IMG/VR virus record: IMGVR_UViG_3300003965_000001
Location: 1 to 37,129 of that record
DNA length: 37,129 nt
Direction: 5' to 3' (one strand)
DNA from: a virus
Taxonomy: Duplodnaviria > Caudoviricetes
Numbering within the stretch: position 1 is the first letter of the stretch; each line of letters starts with the position of its first letter. This document shows, piece by piece, positions 1-7,511 of the stretch. A program made the position numbers and the translations under genes. The notes below the pieces were generated by a model, which was given only the letters and a program-made list of their open reading frames with translations, did not search any database and was not told where the DNA came from.

Positions 1-159
<159 letters not shown>

Positions 160-163
<4 letters not shown>

Positions 164-480
164 GCCGGCAGGACCTTGGCCCAGGGCTCGCCTTCGCACC
201 GGACGGTGAAGAGGATGCCGGCGGCGGCGCAATCCAGGGTGCCGAGGGGATCCAGGACCGTCTCCCTCTTCGGCCCGCTGGCGAGCTCGCCGAGGCCCGT
301 CTTCGTGCCCCAGCGGCGCACCACCATGGCGCGGCGCAGCGTCACCTGGTCGCCGGCGGCGGCATAGGCGCCCACCACCACCCAGCCCCGGGGCAGCACC
401 AGAATCCGCACGTCCTGGGGCAGCTCCACCGCGTCAGGGGCCGGCCCCTGGCCGACATCGGTCGTCGTGTCCATCATCAT
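160..480 (-). CDS. Small phage beta-rich protein (DUF6948-like)
   Basis: Motifs RGWVVVG, VTLRRAMVVRRWG, GLGELASGP; SD AAGGAG upstream. Confidence 0.75.
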
Positions 481-505
481 GTCTCCTTGGTTGGGAATGA
501 CCGGC

Positions 506-718
506 TCAGCCGGCCGCCTCGGCGCGGGCGATCGCCGCGCGGAGCTCGTTGGTGCCGTCGCAGATCAGCGCCAGGCGGTCGATTTCGGTGAGGACCTTGC
601 GGGCGGCGCCGACCAGCTCGCCATGCGCGATCGCGAAGGGCGTCGATCCCGGCGCCGGCGCCGCCGGCGTGGTCGGGGCTGCGGGCTTGGCGGCCCGCTT
701 GGGCGTGGACTTCTTCAT
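506..718 (-). CDS. Hypothetical phage protein
   Basis: SD AAAGGA; ATGA coupling to upstream gene. Confidence 0.7.
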   Translation of the reverse strand: MKKSTPKRAAKPAAPTTPAAPAPGSTPFAIAHGELVGAARKVLTEIDRLALICDGTNELRAAIARAEAAG

Positions 719-1077
719 GCGGAGATCCTTTCGGCTTGAATGGGGCGCGGCCGCAGCAAGCGCTGCTCCTTGTGACGTGCCGCGTGGCGGGCGACGCGGA
801 TGGCGGCCATGCCCGTGACCTCAGGGCTTAGGCGGGCATAGCCGGCGGGCGTGAACCGCCAGACGCGCAGCGGCGTCAGCGGGTGCGGCCACGGCCTGGT
901 GGGGTGCGGGCGCGGATGCCGGGGCACGTCCTGTCCGACCAGCAGCCCCTCGGCCTCGAGGCCGGCGAGGGTGCGCGATTGCACCCCGGCCGGACGCAGC
1001 GCCGGCCGCGTGGTGGTGGCGCCCGCCTCAGCCAGGCGGTGCAGGCAGGCCCATTGCGAGAGGGTTAGGCGGGGCAT
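715..1077 (-). CDS. Putative winged-helix protein, paralog of 1295..1597
   Basis: LTLSQWACLHRLAEAG...TLAGLEAEGLL...WRFTPAG pattern; coupled operon. Confidence 0.65.
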   Translation of the reverse strand: MPRLTLSQWACLHRLAEAGATTTRPALRPAGVQSRTLAGLEAEGLLVGQDVPRHPRPHPTRPWPHPLTPLRVWRFTPAGYARLSPEVTGMAAIRVARHAARHKEQRLLRPRPIQAERISA

Positions 1078-1298
1078 GCGCGTCCCTCCCGCAGCACCAC
1101 CAGGCGGCGCCCCACCACGCGCGCGTCCTCGCGCGCGCTGGCCACCACCAGCTCCTGCGCGCGCTCCGTCGTCTCGGCCGGCACCAGCACGGGGCGATAA
1201 CGATGGTCGCGCATCAGCAGGTCGCGCAGGTCGCGCGCCAGCGTCGTCTTGCCGCTGCCCTGGGGGCCGCCGACGACGATCGTGAGATCCTCGCTCAT
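1065..1298 (-). CDS. 77-aa P-loop mini-protein
   Basis: MSEDLTIVVGGPQGSGKTTLARDL Walker A; ATG at 1298 overlaps the upstream stop. Confidence 0.75.
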   Translation of the reverse strand: MSEDLTIVVGGPQGSGKTTLARDLRDLLMRDHRYRPVLVPAETTERAQELVVASAREDARVVGRRLVVLREGRACPA

Positions 1299-1597
1299 GC
1301 CGGCGCCTTCCCCTCGGCGATGTGGATCGCCGCCTGGGTCAGGCGATAGCGGCGCTCGATGCGGTTGCGGCCGAGGCGGACATCCTCCCCGATCAGGAGG
1401 GCCATCTTGACGAGCGCTTCCAGCGTGCCGGTGTGGACGCGCCGCGGCGCCGCGAGCGTGATGGCGATCGGCGCCTTGCCCTGCGCGGCCGCCAGGTCCT
1501 TGCCGGCTTCCACCAGGCGCCGCAGCGCCGAGGCTTGGTAAAGCGTCAGGCTCTGGCCACTGGCGCGGCCGCCCAGCTCCTCGAAAGCGGCGCTCAT
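1295..1597 (-). CDS. Putative winged-helix protein, paralog of 715..1077
   Basis: LTLYQASALRRLVEAG...TLEALVKMALL...YRLTQAA; ATGA coupling at both ends. Confidence 0.7.
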   Translation of the reverse strand: MSAAFEELGGRASGQSLTLYQASALRRLVEAGKDLAAAQGKAPIAITLAAPRRVHTGTLEALVKMALLIGEDVRLGRNRIERRYRLTQAAIHIAEGKAPA

Positions 1598-1875
1598 GAG
1601 CCGGCGTCCGGCTTGGGAACGCCGGCTTCCACGCTGGCCAGCTCCGGCGGCGTCGCCTGGCGCACCTGGACTTCAACGATCAGTGCCCAGGGATGGCCGC
1701 GCGGTTCCATCGTGGCTGCGGCCTTGATGACGCCGCCGGGGCGCGTGACCAGGTTGTCGACCGCCCCTGCGATGTCCTGGCCGATGCCGGTCAGGACCTT
1801 GGTCACCCCATCGCCCGCGGAACTGGCGGCCGTGACGCTGCGGACCCAAGGCCCGTCGATTGGCGCCCGCTTCAT
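1594..1875 (-). CDS. Hypothetical phage protein (MKRAPIDGPW...)
   Basis: C-terminal part of track ORF 1594..2553; ATGA coupling at 1872-1875; GGAGG upstream. Confidence 0.65.
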   Translation of the reverse strand: MKRAPIDGPWVRSVTAASSAGDGVTKVLTGIGQDIAGAVDNLVTRPGGVIKAAATMEPRGHPWALIVEVQVRQATPPELASVEAGVPKPDAGS

Positions 1876-2393
1876 GCCGAGGCCTCCGGCGCGCCGGCTG
1901 CATCGGCCTCCGGCAGGTCCCAGGGGATGCGGACCAGCAGCGCGTCGCCGGCGACGCGCCATTCCGCCGGCCGGCGCGGTGCCTCGAATCCGCCGAGCCG
2001 CTCGCCGGGATCCAACATCGCCACGAGGACCGACTGCTGCCGGCCCATGAAGCGCAGCGCGCGGCCGCCGCCGGCGGAGCTGAACCGCAGCCAATCCTTC
2101 GCGGCACCGGTCCGGCCGACCGCCATGACGAGCGGCGTGCCGCGGTCCCAACGGAAGCGGGCGGTCACCGAGACGGACAGCGACAGCCAGAGCCGGATCA
2201 TGCCGTGCTTGCCGACCTGGCCGAGCCGCAGCGCGCAATCGCTGCGCGCCATGGAACGGATGGTGTCCTGGGGCACGTCGTCCCACTCGCCGTCGGGTGG
2301 GGCGAAGATCGCGGCCTTCGCGCCCTTGCCGAGCGCCGTGAGGTCCACGGTCGGGCCGGTCGCCGGGCCGCTGATTTCCTGCCGCGCCCTCAT
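1872..2393 (-). CDS. Hypothetical phage protein (MRARQEISG...)
   Basis: ATGA coupling at 2390-2393; protein-like composition. Confidence 0.65.
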   Translation of the reverse strand: MRARQEISGPATGPTVDLTALGKGAKAAIFAPPDGEWDDVPQDTIRSMARSDCALRLGQVGKHGMIRLWLSLSVSVTARFRWDRGTPLVMAVGRTGAAKDWLRFSSAGGGRALRFMGRQQSVLVAMLDPGERLGGFEAPRRPAEWRVAGDALLVRIPWDLPEADAAGAPEASA

Positions 2394-2611
2394 GCCGCAC
2401 CGCCCGACAGCAGCCGCAGGTGGCGCGTGGCGGTGACGGCGGTCTCCGGCGTAAGGGGCGGCGGGGCGTGCTCCATCGTGCGAACCTGGTCGGCGGCTTC
2501 GTCGAGCTGCGCCTCGAGGATCTGGCACGCGGTCGGGTCCAGCCGGACCCCACCCTGGTCGCGCCACTGCCCGGCCAGGCCGGCCAGGGATTTCAAGTTC
2601 TCACTGATCAT
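2390..2611 (-). CDS. First gene of leftward early operon, hypothetical (MISENLKS...)
   Basis: GGAGG upstream of ATG 2611; lies just downstream of the predicted leftward promoter. Confidence 0.65.
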   Translation of the reverse strand: MISENLKSLAGLAGQWRDQGGVRLDPTACQILEAQLDEAADQVRTMEHAPPPLTPETAVTATRHLRLLSGGAA

Positions 2612-2642
2612 CGCCCGCCCCACCTCCAATAGGGGCGGGCAG

Positions 2643-2696
2643 ACGCTAACTCACACCATGTTAGTTATGCAAGCGAATAACCTCACAGTATGTGAG
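2643..2696 (-). promoter_or_regulatory. Leftward early promoter (-35 TTGCAT 2672-2667, -10 TAGCGT 2648-2643) with two operators (2650-2664, 2682-2696)
   Basis: CTCACA-cca-TGTTAG and the perfect inverted repeat CTCACA-gta-TGTGAG in an AT-rich gap. Confidence 0.7.
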
Positions 2697-2697
2697 T

Positions 2698-3081
2698 TTA
2701 TCGTGTGAGTTTCTCCCCTCGCTCACTGTCGAGCGGCTCCCGCCGATCGGCTTCGGCCTTGAGTTCCTCATAAGCGGATTGCAGGGCATCGCGCTTCGCA
2801 TAAGGAAATGCGGCCATGTCACCAAGAAAAATATAGTTTAGATCGACCTCAAGATAGGGCAGGGCCAGAAGGAGGGATGGAATAGATGGATAATTCCGAC
2901 CCTTACCCCACTGTGTAATTTGACTGGATGAGGCGCCAATCTGGCGCTGAAGGTCAGCCTGCGTCATGCCGGCAACCTTGAGGGCGGCCTTTATTCGCAA
3001 CCCTGTCTCTTTGGTGTCTGCCAGAGCCAATAGCCGCCGGCCAGCGCGCGCCTTGTCCATGGGTATGATGATCGCGCTCAT
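2698..3081 (-). CDS. CI-like XRE-family HTH repressor, short, no peptidase domain
   Basis: RIKAALKVAGMTQADLQRQIGASSSQITQWGKGRNYPS HTH; VDLNYIFLG; position at the divergence point; lower GC. Confidence 0.88.
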   Translation of the reverse strand: MSAIIIPMDKARAGRRLLALADTKETGLRIKAALKVAGMTQADLQRQIGASSSQITQWGKGRNYPSIPSLLLALPYLEVDLNYIFLGDMAAFPYAKRDALQSAYEELKAEADRREPLDSERGEKLTR

Positions 3082-3113
3082 ATGGCCTTAGCACCCCCTC
3101 CTCATTTCTAAGC

Positions 3114-3143
3114 TTGACATACTCACATGATGTTAGGAAGACT
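3114..3143 (+). promoter_or_regulatory. Rightward early promoter (-35 TTGACA 3114-3119) with operator CTCACA-tga-TGTTAG (3122-3136) in the spacer
   Basis: Consensus -35 plus a third copy of the operator motif. Confidence 0.75.
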
Positions 3144-3150
3144 CGAAGCC

Positions 3151-3399
3151 ATGGTTGCAAACCCGTCCGCGTCGCGTAACGAAGAGGTTGCAGGGGCGTT
3201 CGCCCTGGACGCCGTCCTGCGCCATGCCTTGCGGGCGGAAATCGCCGCGATGCTGCGCGGCGACCCACTGCCCGTGCGGGAGGGGGCCACAGCCAACCAG
3301 GTCGTGACCGAGGTCCGGGCGCGGGCGACCGAAGCCGCCGCTAGTGGCGGCGGTGCACCGGCTCCGCCTGCACGCCTTCTGCCAGAAGGTGAAGCATGA
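3151..3399 (+). CDS. Hypothetical protein, first gene of rightward operon
   Basis: ATG 3151 just downstream of the promoter (track start 3127 lies inside the operator); helical protein-like sequence. Confidence 0.55.
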   Translation: MVANPSASRNEEVAGAFALDAVLRHALRAEIAAMLRGDPLPVREGATANQVVTEVRARATEAAASGGGAPAPPARLLPEGEA

Positions 3400-3568
3400 T
3401 CCCGGCGGCCTCCGGCATGCGGGTCGTGCCCATCGGCGCCGCCCTGATCGCCGCCGCCATCTCTTCCCGGGTGACCCCGTGGCGGTCGGCGACGGCCGCA
3501 AGTGCCGGCGCCAGCGCGCGCACCAGTTCGTCCACGATGACCAGCATCCGCTGTTCCGGATCGGGCAT
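3341..3568 (-). CDS. Antisense-embedded 75-aa helical protein (MPDPEQRMLVIVDELV...)
   Basis: Strong SD AAGGAGG 8 nt before the ATG; GC-rich third positions; amphipathic helices. Confidence 0.7.
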   Translation of the reverse strand: MPDPEQRMLVIVDELVRALAPALAAVADRHGVTREEMAAAIRAAPMGTTRMPEAAGIMLHLLAEGVQAEPVHRRH

Positions 3569-3602
3569 GGCGGCCGCCTCCTTCGCGGCAGAGGGAGGCT
3601 GA
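3396..3602 (+). CDS. Ala/Ser-rich bridging ORF antisense to 3341..3568
   Basis: ATGA overlap with the upstream gene; stop 3 nt before the next ATG; shadow-like composition. Confidence 0.35.
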   Translation: MIPAASGMRVVPIGAALIAAAISSRVTPWRSATAASAGASARTSSSTMTSIRCSGSGMAAASFAAEGG

Positions 3603-3605
3603 CAG

Positions 3606-3920
3606 ATGGTGGTCGAGTCCCCCCAGGACGGAACCTGCCTTCTGTCGGCCGCTGAGCTCGTGCATCTGCTCGGCGGGCCCGCCGAGGTGGGGCATGCCTG
3701 CGGAATCAGCGCGACGGCCGTGTCCATGTGGTACTCGCGCGGTCGCAGCTATCTGCCCGCAGCTCACCACGCGGCGCTCTGGCGCCTGGCGCAGGCCAAG
3801 AAGGTGAACTGGACGCCACCCGGCTACGAGGGCGTTCGGTTGGTGCCGGCCTCTCATCCTCAGGATGATCACGGCATAGAGATAATCGCGCGATGCTTGC
3901 ATACGGGCGAAGCCGCATGA
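3606..3920 (+). CDS. Cro-like HTH regulator
   Basis: ELVHLLGGPAEVGHACGISATAVSMW...YLPAAH pattern; SD GGAGG. Confidence 0.75.
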   Translation: MVVESPQDGTCLLSAAELVHLLGGPAEVGHACGISATAVSMWYSRGRSYLPAAHHAALWRLAQAKKVNWTPPGYEGVRLVPASHPQDDHGIEIIARCLHTGEAA

Positions 3921-4171
3921 GCCCCGCTTACTCCTCGAAAGGGGGCGGCAGGCGCAGCTCCTCGGCCACCCGATCGAGCTTCGAGTTCAGCAGTGCCTCG
4001 CGGGGCGACGCCGCCAGCATCGCGCGCTCGCTCTCCAGCAGGCCTCGCGCCTCGATCGGTGTCAGTCGCCCCGCTGTGAGCATGGCGCGGAACATCCGCG
4101 CCACCGCCTCGGCCATCCACGCTTCCGGTCCGCCCATCCCCTCGTCCCTATCCGTTGCGGGTGGGGTATGA
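3917..4171 (+). CDS. Ser/Arg-rich bridging ORF antisense to 3928..4137
   Basis: ATGA overlaps at both ends (3917-3920 and 4168-4171). Confidence 0.35.
   Translation: MSPAYSSKGGGRRSSSATRSSFEFSSASRGDAASIARSLSSRPRASIGVSRPAVSMARNIRATASAIHASGPPIPSSLSVAGGV
3928..4137 (-). CDS. Antisense-embedded 69-aa helical protein (MGGPEAWMAEAVARMF...)
   Basis: GAGG upstream of ATG 4137; protein-like composition. Confidence 0.6.
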   Translation of the reverse strand: MGGPEAWMAEAVARMFRAMLTAGRLTPIEARGLLESERAMLAASPREALLNSKLDRVAEELRLPPPFEE

Positions 4172-4467
4172 AACAGGACACACGGCCCTGGACGCAACAG
4201 GAGTGCCAGGCGCTGCTCGACCGCCTGCGCGAGGGCGAGGCCTATCCGCGCGTCGCCAGCGCGCTCGGCCGCACCGAGGAGGAATGCCGGACACAGGCAG
4301 ACGCGCTGCGGCAGCTCGGGTGGAGCGCGGCCGGCGCGACCCGTCGCATGCACGCCCCGCCCCAGTCGCGACGATGCCTGCGGTGTCGCGACCCCTTCGC
4401 CCCGAAAGCCCGCTTCAACTTCCTCTGCGCGGGCTGCGGCGCCGTCGCCGCGAGCGTGACCGCATGA
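4168..4467 (+). CDS. GcrA/Myb-like HTH with C-terminal Zn finger
   Basis: WTQQECQALL...RVASALGRT; CLRC...CAGC. Confidence 0.75.
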   Translation: MKQDTRPWTQQECQALLDRLREGEAYPRVASALGRTEEECRTQADALRQLGWSAAGATRRMHAPPQSRRCLRCRDPFAPKARFNFLCAGCGAVAASVTA

Positions 4468-4805
4468 TCCGCGCCGGCCAGCTTGCGCGCCAGGTGGTGG
4501 TGCGGCCGGTGCGGCTGACCACGGGCGAGAGTGTCAGCCTGGCGCTGGCCGTGACGTTCGACCGCAATGGCGCGGTGATAGGTGTCTCGGCCTCCACGCC
4601 CCCGGCCCCGCTGTGCGGAGCGGCCGAGACCGCCGGCGGCCTGCTGGTGCAGGCGATCGGGGACAAGCTGCGGCGCCGGCCGGATCTCGGCCTGGCCGAG
4701 CTGCACCGCCGCGCCGAGGTCGCGCTGGCCCTAATCGAGCAGCTGCAGGACATCGAGGCAGCGCATGGCGGCCAGGCCGTGGCGCTGCTGCGAGATGCCG
4801 CATGA
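4464..4805 (+). CDS. Hypothetical phage protein (MIRAGQLARQ...)
   Basis: ATGA coupling at 4464-4467. Confidence 0.65.
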   Translation: MIRAGQLARQVVVRPVRLTTGESVSLALAVTFDRNGAVIGVSASTPPAPLCGAAETAGGLLVQAIGDKLRRRPDLGLAELHRRAEVALALIEQLQDIEAAHGGQAVALLRDAA

Positions 4806-4975
4806 TCGCGTGCTCTGATCGCCCCAGCCCCGGCGCACGGGCCGGCTTCTCCCGGCGTCTCGGCCTCGCCCCGCCCCCGATGGAGGGGAGCGAACAGACG
4901 CGGCATGCGGCGCGTCTGCCTGCCCTGCTGACGGGGAGGGAGGGCGGAAAGCGAGTGTTTTCAACGGTGTCGCAG

Positions 4976-5180
4976 CCGTCATGGTCCGTCACGGGGCGCG
5001 TGACGGCTGAAACCCAGCTTTCTCTAGGGCTTCCGCGCGCGTCACGGCCGTCATGGCCTCAGGGGGTCACGCATGCGCGCGATCGCGCGCGCGCGGCCAG
5101 CCATGACAGTTATGACAGGAAGATATGTATATCTAGATCAGAGGCTTGGCCGTCATGCGGGGCGTCGCAAGCCGTGACGC
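4976..5180. repeat. Cluster of ~10 CCGTCAYGG-like 9-mers in both orientations around an AT-rich near-palindrome; candidate replication origin
   Basis: Copies at 4976, 4986, 4998(-), 5039, 5048, 5064, 5101(-), 5110(-), 5149, 5172(-); AGATATGTATATCT at 5121-5134. Confidence 0.55.
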
Positions 5181-5211
5181 CTGTGTGCCCGTTGCGGGGG
5201 GCGTTGCGGGC

Positions 5212-5706
5212 ATGGCGCTGACGGCTGCGGAGCGCATGCGCGCAACCCGGGCTCGGCGGCGGGCGCTCCGCGAGGCGGAGGCGGCGGCTGTCCGGGCCGA
5301 GGAAGGGCAGAAGCAGGCGGCGCTGCTGCCGCTGGCCGAGCTGGTGGAGCGGCATCCGGAGCTGCCGAGCGCGGCGGCGCGAGGGCGGCACCGCGCCTAT
5401 CTCCAGGTGCTGGAGACGCGGTTCCCGGCGCCGCTCGGGCGGCTGGCGGGGATCTACACCTCCGACGTGGTGCAGCTCGCCCGCGACCTCGGCTGCACCA
5501 GGCTCGAGGCGCTGCGCGAGGTGGTGGCGGCGGCGAAGGCCTCGCTGCCCTACTGGCACCAGGCGCAGCCGACCGCGATCAACCTGTCCGGAACGCCGGT
5601 GGCGCCGGTCATCGTGCAGGTGTCGGGCGATGTCGCGGGGCAGCTCGGGCTGACGGGCGACCCTGAGCAGGAGGATCAACGGGTTATCGAGGGCAAGGCG
5701 GCATGA
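5212..5706 (+). CDS. Putative terminase small subunit-like protein
   Basis: C-terminal AAKASLPYWHQAQPTAINL...VIEG resembles the TerS-type AAxxxAPYxHP motif; assignment tentative. Confidence 0.5.
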   Translation: MALTAAERMRATRARRRALREAEAAAVRAEEGQKQAALLPLAELVERHPELPSAAARGRHRAYLQVLETRFPAPLGRLAGIYTSDVVQLARDLGCTRLEALREVVAAAKASLPYWHQAQPTAINLSGTPVAPVIVQVSGDVAGQLGLTGDPEQEDQRVIEGKAA

Positions 5707-5977
5707 GTTGGACGCGCCGAAGTTGGACGACCACGCCGAAGGTGGCGGATATCCTGGCCTTCGGCGCCGCTCGGCCACTGATCACGGATCAGCCGGCGGC
5801 GTGGCGCCGAGGGGGGGCCAACGATCGCCGGACCCCCCCGCCCCCTTGGCCCCCCGGCACCCCCGACGCGCCGCGCGCCCCTCTGTCCGCCCGTCCGCAC
5901 GGGTCCCGTGAAACCCTGCGGAAAAAGGGCGCGTCCGCGAAACCCGGGCCACGCGACCCCGGGGCCGGGGGACGGGG

Positions 5978-7018
5978 ATGATCGAAATCGGCGAAATCGT
6001 CCGGATGCTCGGCGCCCGCGCGGACCAGCTGGCGCGCGAGCTGCTGCCTGGCGGGCGGCGCGAAGGCCGGGAATGGGTGTGCGGCGACCTCTCCGGCAGC
6101 CGCGGCCGGGGGGTGTCGGTCTGCATCGCGGGCGCGAAGGCGGGTGTCTGGGGCGAATTCGCGGCCGGCCGGGGTGGGGACATGCTCGACCTGGTCGCGC
6201 TGACCCGCTGCGGCGGGAACAAGGCCGAGGCGCTGAAATGGGCGCGGGGGTGGTTGGGGCTCGGCGCGATCTCGGCGTCGGGCAGGGAGCGGCGTCCGCC
6301 GCCGCCACCCCCGCGGGACGTGGCGCGCGAGCGCCAGGAGGCCGAGCAGCGGCGGCAGAAGGGGCGGGGGCTGTGGGCGGCCGGCGTGCCGATCCTCGGC
6401 ACGCCGGCGGAGATCTACCTGGCCGGGCGCGGCATCAGCCTCGAGGCGCTGGGGCGGGCGCCGAACGTGCTGCGGTTCAACGCGCGCACCTGGTGCAGCG
6501 AGCGCGGCGGCGAGCAGCCGGCGATGCTGGCGTTGATCCAGGACGGTGGCGTCACCATCGGCGCGCACCGGACCTATCTGGCGCCGGACGGCCGCGGCAA
6601 GGCGCGCATCAAGGCCGCGAAGAAGGTGCTGGGCGCGCACAAGGGCGGGCTGATCCCGCTGTGGCGCGGCGCGTCCGACAAGCCGTTGAAGGAAGCGCCG
6701 GAGGGCGACGTGGTCGCCATCTGCGAGGGCATCGAGGACGGGCTGACGATCGCGCTGCACTGCCCGGAATGGCGTGTCGTGGCCTGCGTCAGCATCGGGA
6801 ACATGGGCGAGCTGGCGCTGCCGGAGGCGATCCGCGAGGTGCGCCTGTGCTTCGACCGCGACGGGGAGAATCCGGCCTGCGCCGTGGCGCGCGAGCGTGC
6901 GGTGCGGCGCTACCAGGCCGAGGGGCGGCAGGTCTTCGAGGTCCGGCCGCCCGAGGGGTTCAAGGATTTCAACGAGTGGCATCAGGCCGAATTGCGCGGC
7001 CGGGGGAGGGCTGCATGA
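5978..7018 (+). CDS. Phage DNA primase (N-terminal primase domain + TOPRIM)
   Basis: GGDMLDLV, GAHRTYL, ICEGIEDGL, CFDRD, KDFNE motifs. Confidence 0.9.
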   Translation: MIEIGEIVRMLGARADQLARELLPGGRREGREWVCGDLSGSRGRGVSVCIAGAKAGVWGEFAAGRGGDMLDLVALTRCGGNKAEALKWARGWLGLGAISASGRERRPPPPPPRDVARERQEAEQRRQKGRGLWAAGVPILGTPAEIYLAGRGISLEALGRAPNVLRFNARTWCSERGGEQPAMLALIQDGGVTIGAHRTYLAPDGRGKARIKAAKKVLGAHKGGLIPLWRGASDKPLKEAPEGDVVAICEGIEDGLTIALHCPEWRVVACVSIGNMGELALPEAIREVRLCFDRDGENPACAVARERAVRRYQAEGRQVFEVRPPEGFKDFNEWHQAELRGRGRAA

Positions 7019-7209
7019 GCGTCGCCGATCTGAAGCGCCTGGTGGCGCGGACACCGTCGCGACGGTCTTCATGGGCGTGGCGCTCGGCATCGTACTCGAG
7101 GCGCGTATCGGCCGTGCATGGCGCGCGCGACAGCCTGCCGCATCTGTTCGAGCAGATGCGGCAGATCGTCGAGGTCTATGCCTCGCCGCAGGCGCAGGGC
7201 TCGGCGTGA
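7015..7209 (+). CDS. Small hypothetical protein
   Basis: ATGA and GTGA coupling at the two ends. Confidence 0.45.
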   Translation: MSVADLKRLVARTPSRRSSWAWRSASYSRRVSAVHGARDSLPHLFEQMRQIVEVYASPQAQGSA

Positions 7210-7511
7210 CGAACGACCGCGCAGCCGCGCCGCGGAGCCGGCACACGATGGATGAATGGGACGCCTATGACCGGCTGCCGTCGATTATCCGCGCGGCACT
7301 TCAGGAGTCGGTCGTGGACTGGTGCTCGGCGTGGATGTTCGCGGAGTTCAGGCGGTTCGCTAGGAGCTTCCCGCGCGAGCAGGCCATCGAACGGACGCTA
7401 ACGGTGCTGGATGTCGGTGAGGCGAACGAGATGGCCCGCTTCGCCAGGAAGTCCGAGATCGCCTTGCATCTCAACGCTGGCGTCAGCATCCAGCGATACG
7501 GCGCCTGTTAA
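7206..7511 (+). CDS. Hypothetical protein (DUF6525-like)
   Basis: MDEWDAYDRLPSIIRAALQESVVDW motif; coupled GTG start. Confidence 0.6.
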   Translation: MTNDRAAAPRSRHTMDEWDAYDRLPSIIRAALQESVVDWCSAWMFAEFRRFARSFPREQAIERTLTVLDVGEANEMARFARKSEIALHLNAGVSIQRYGAC

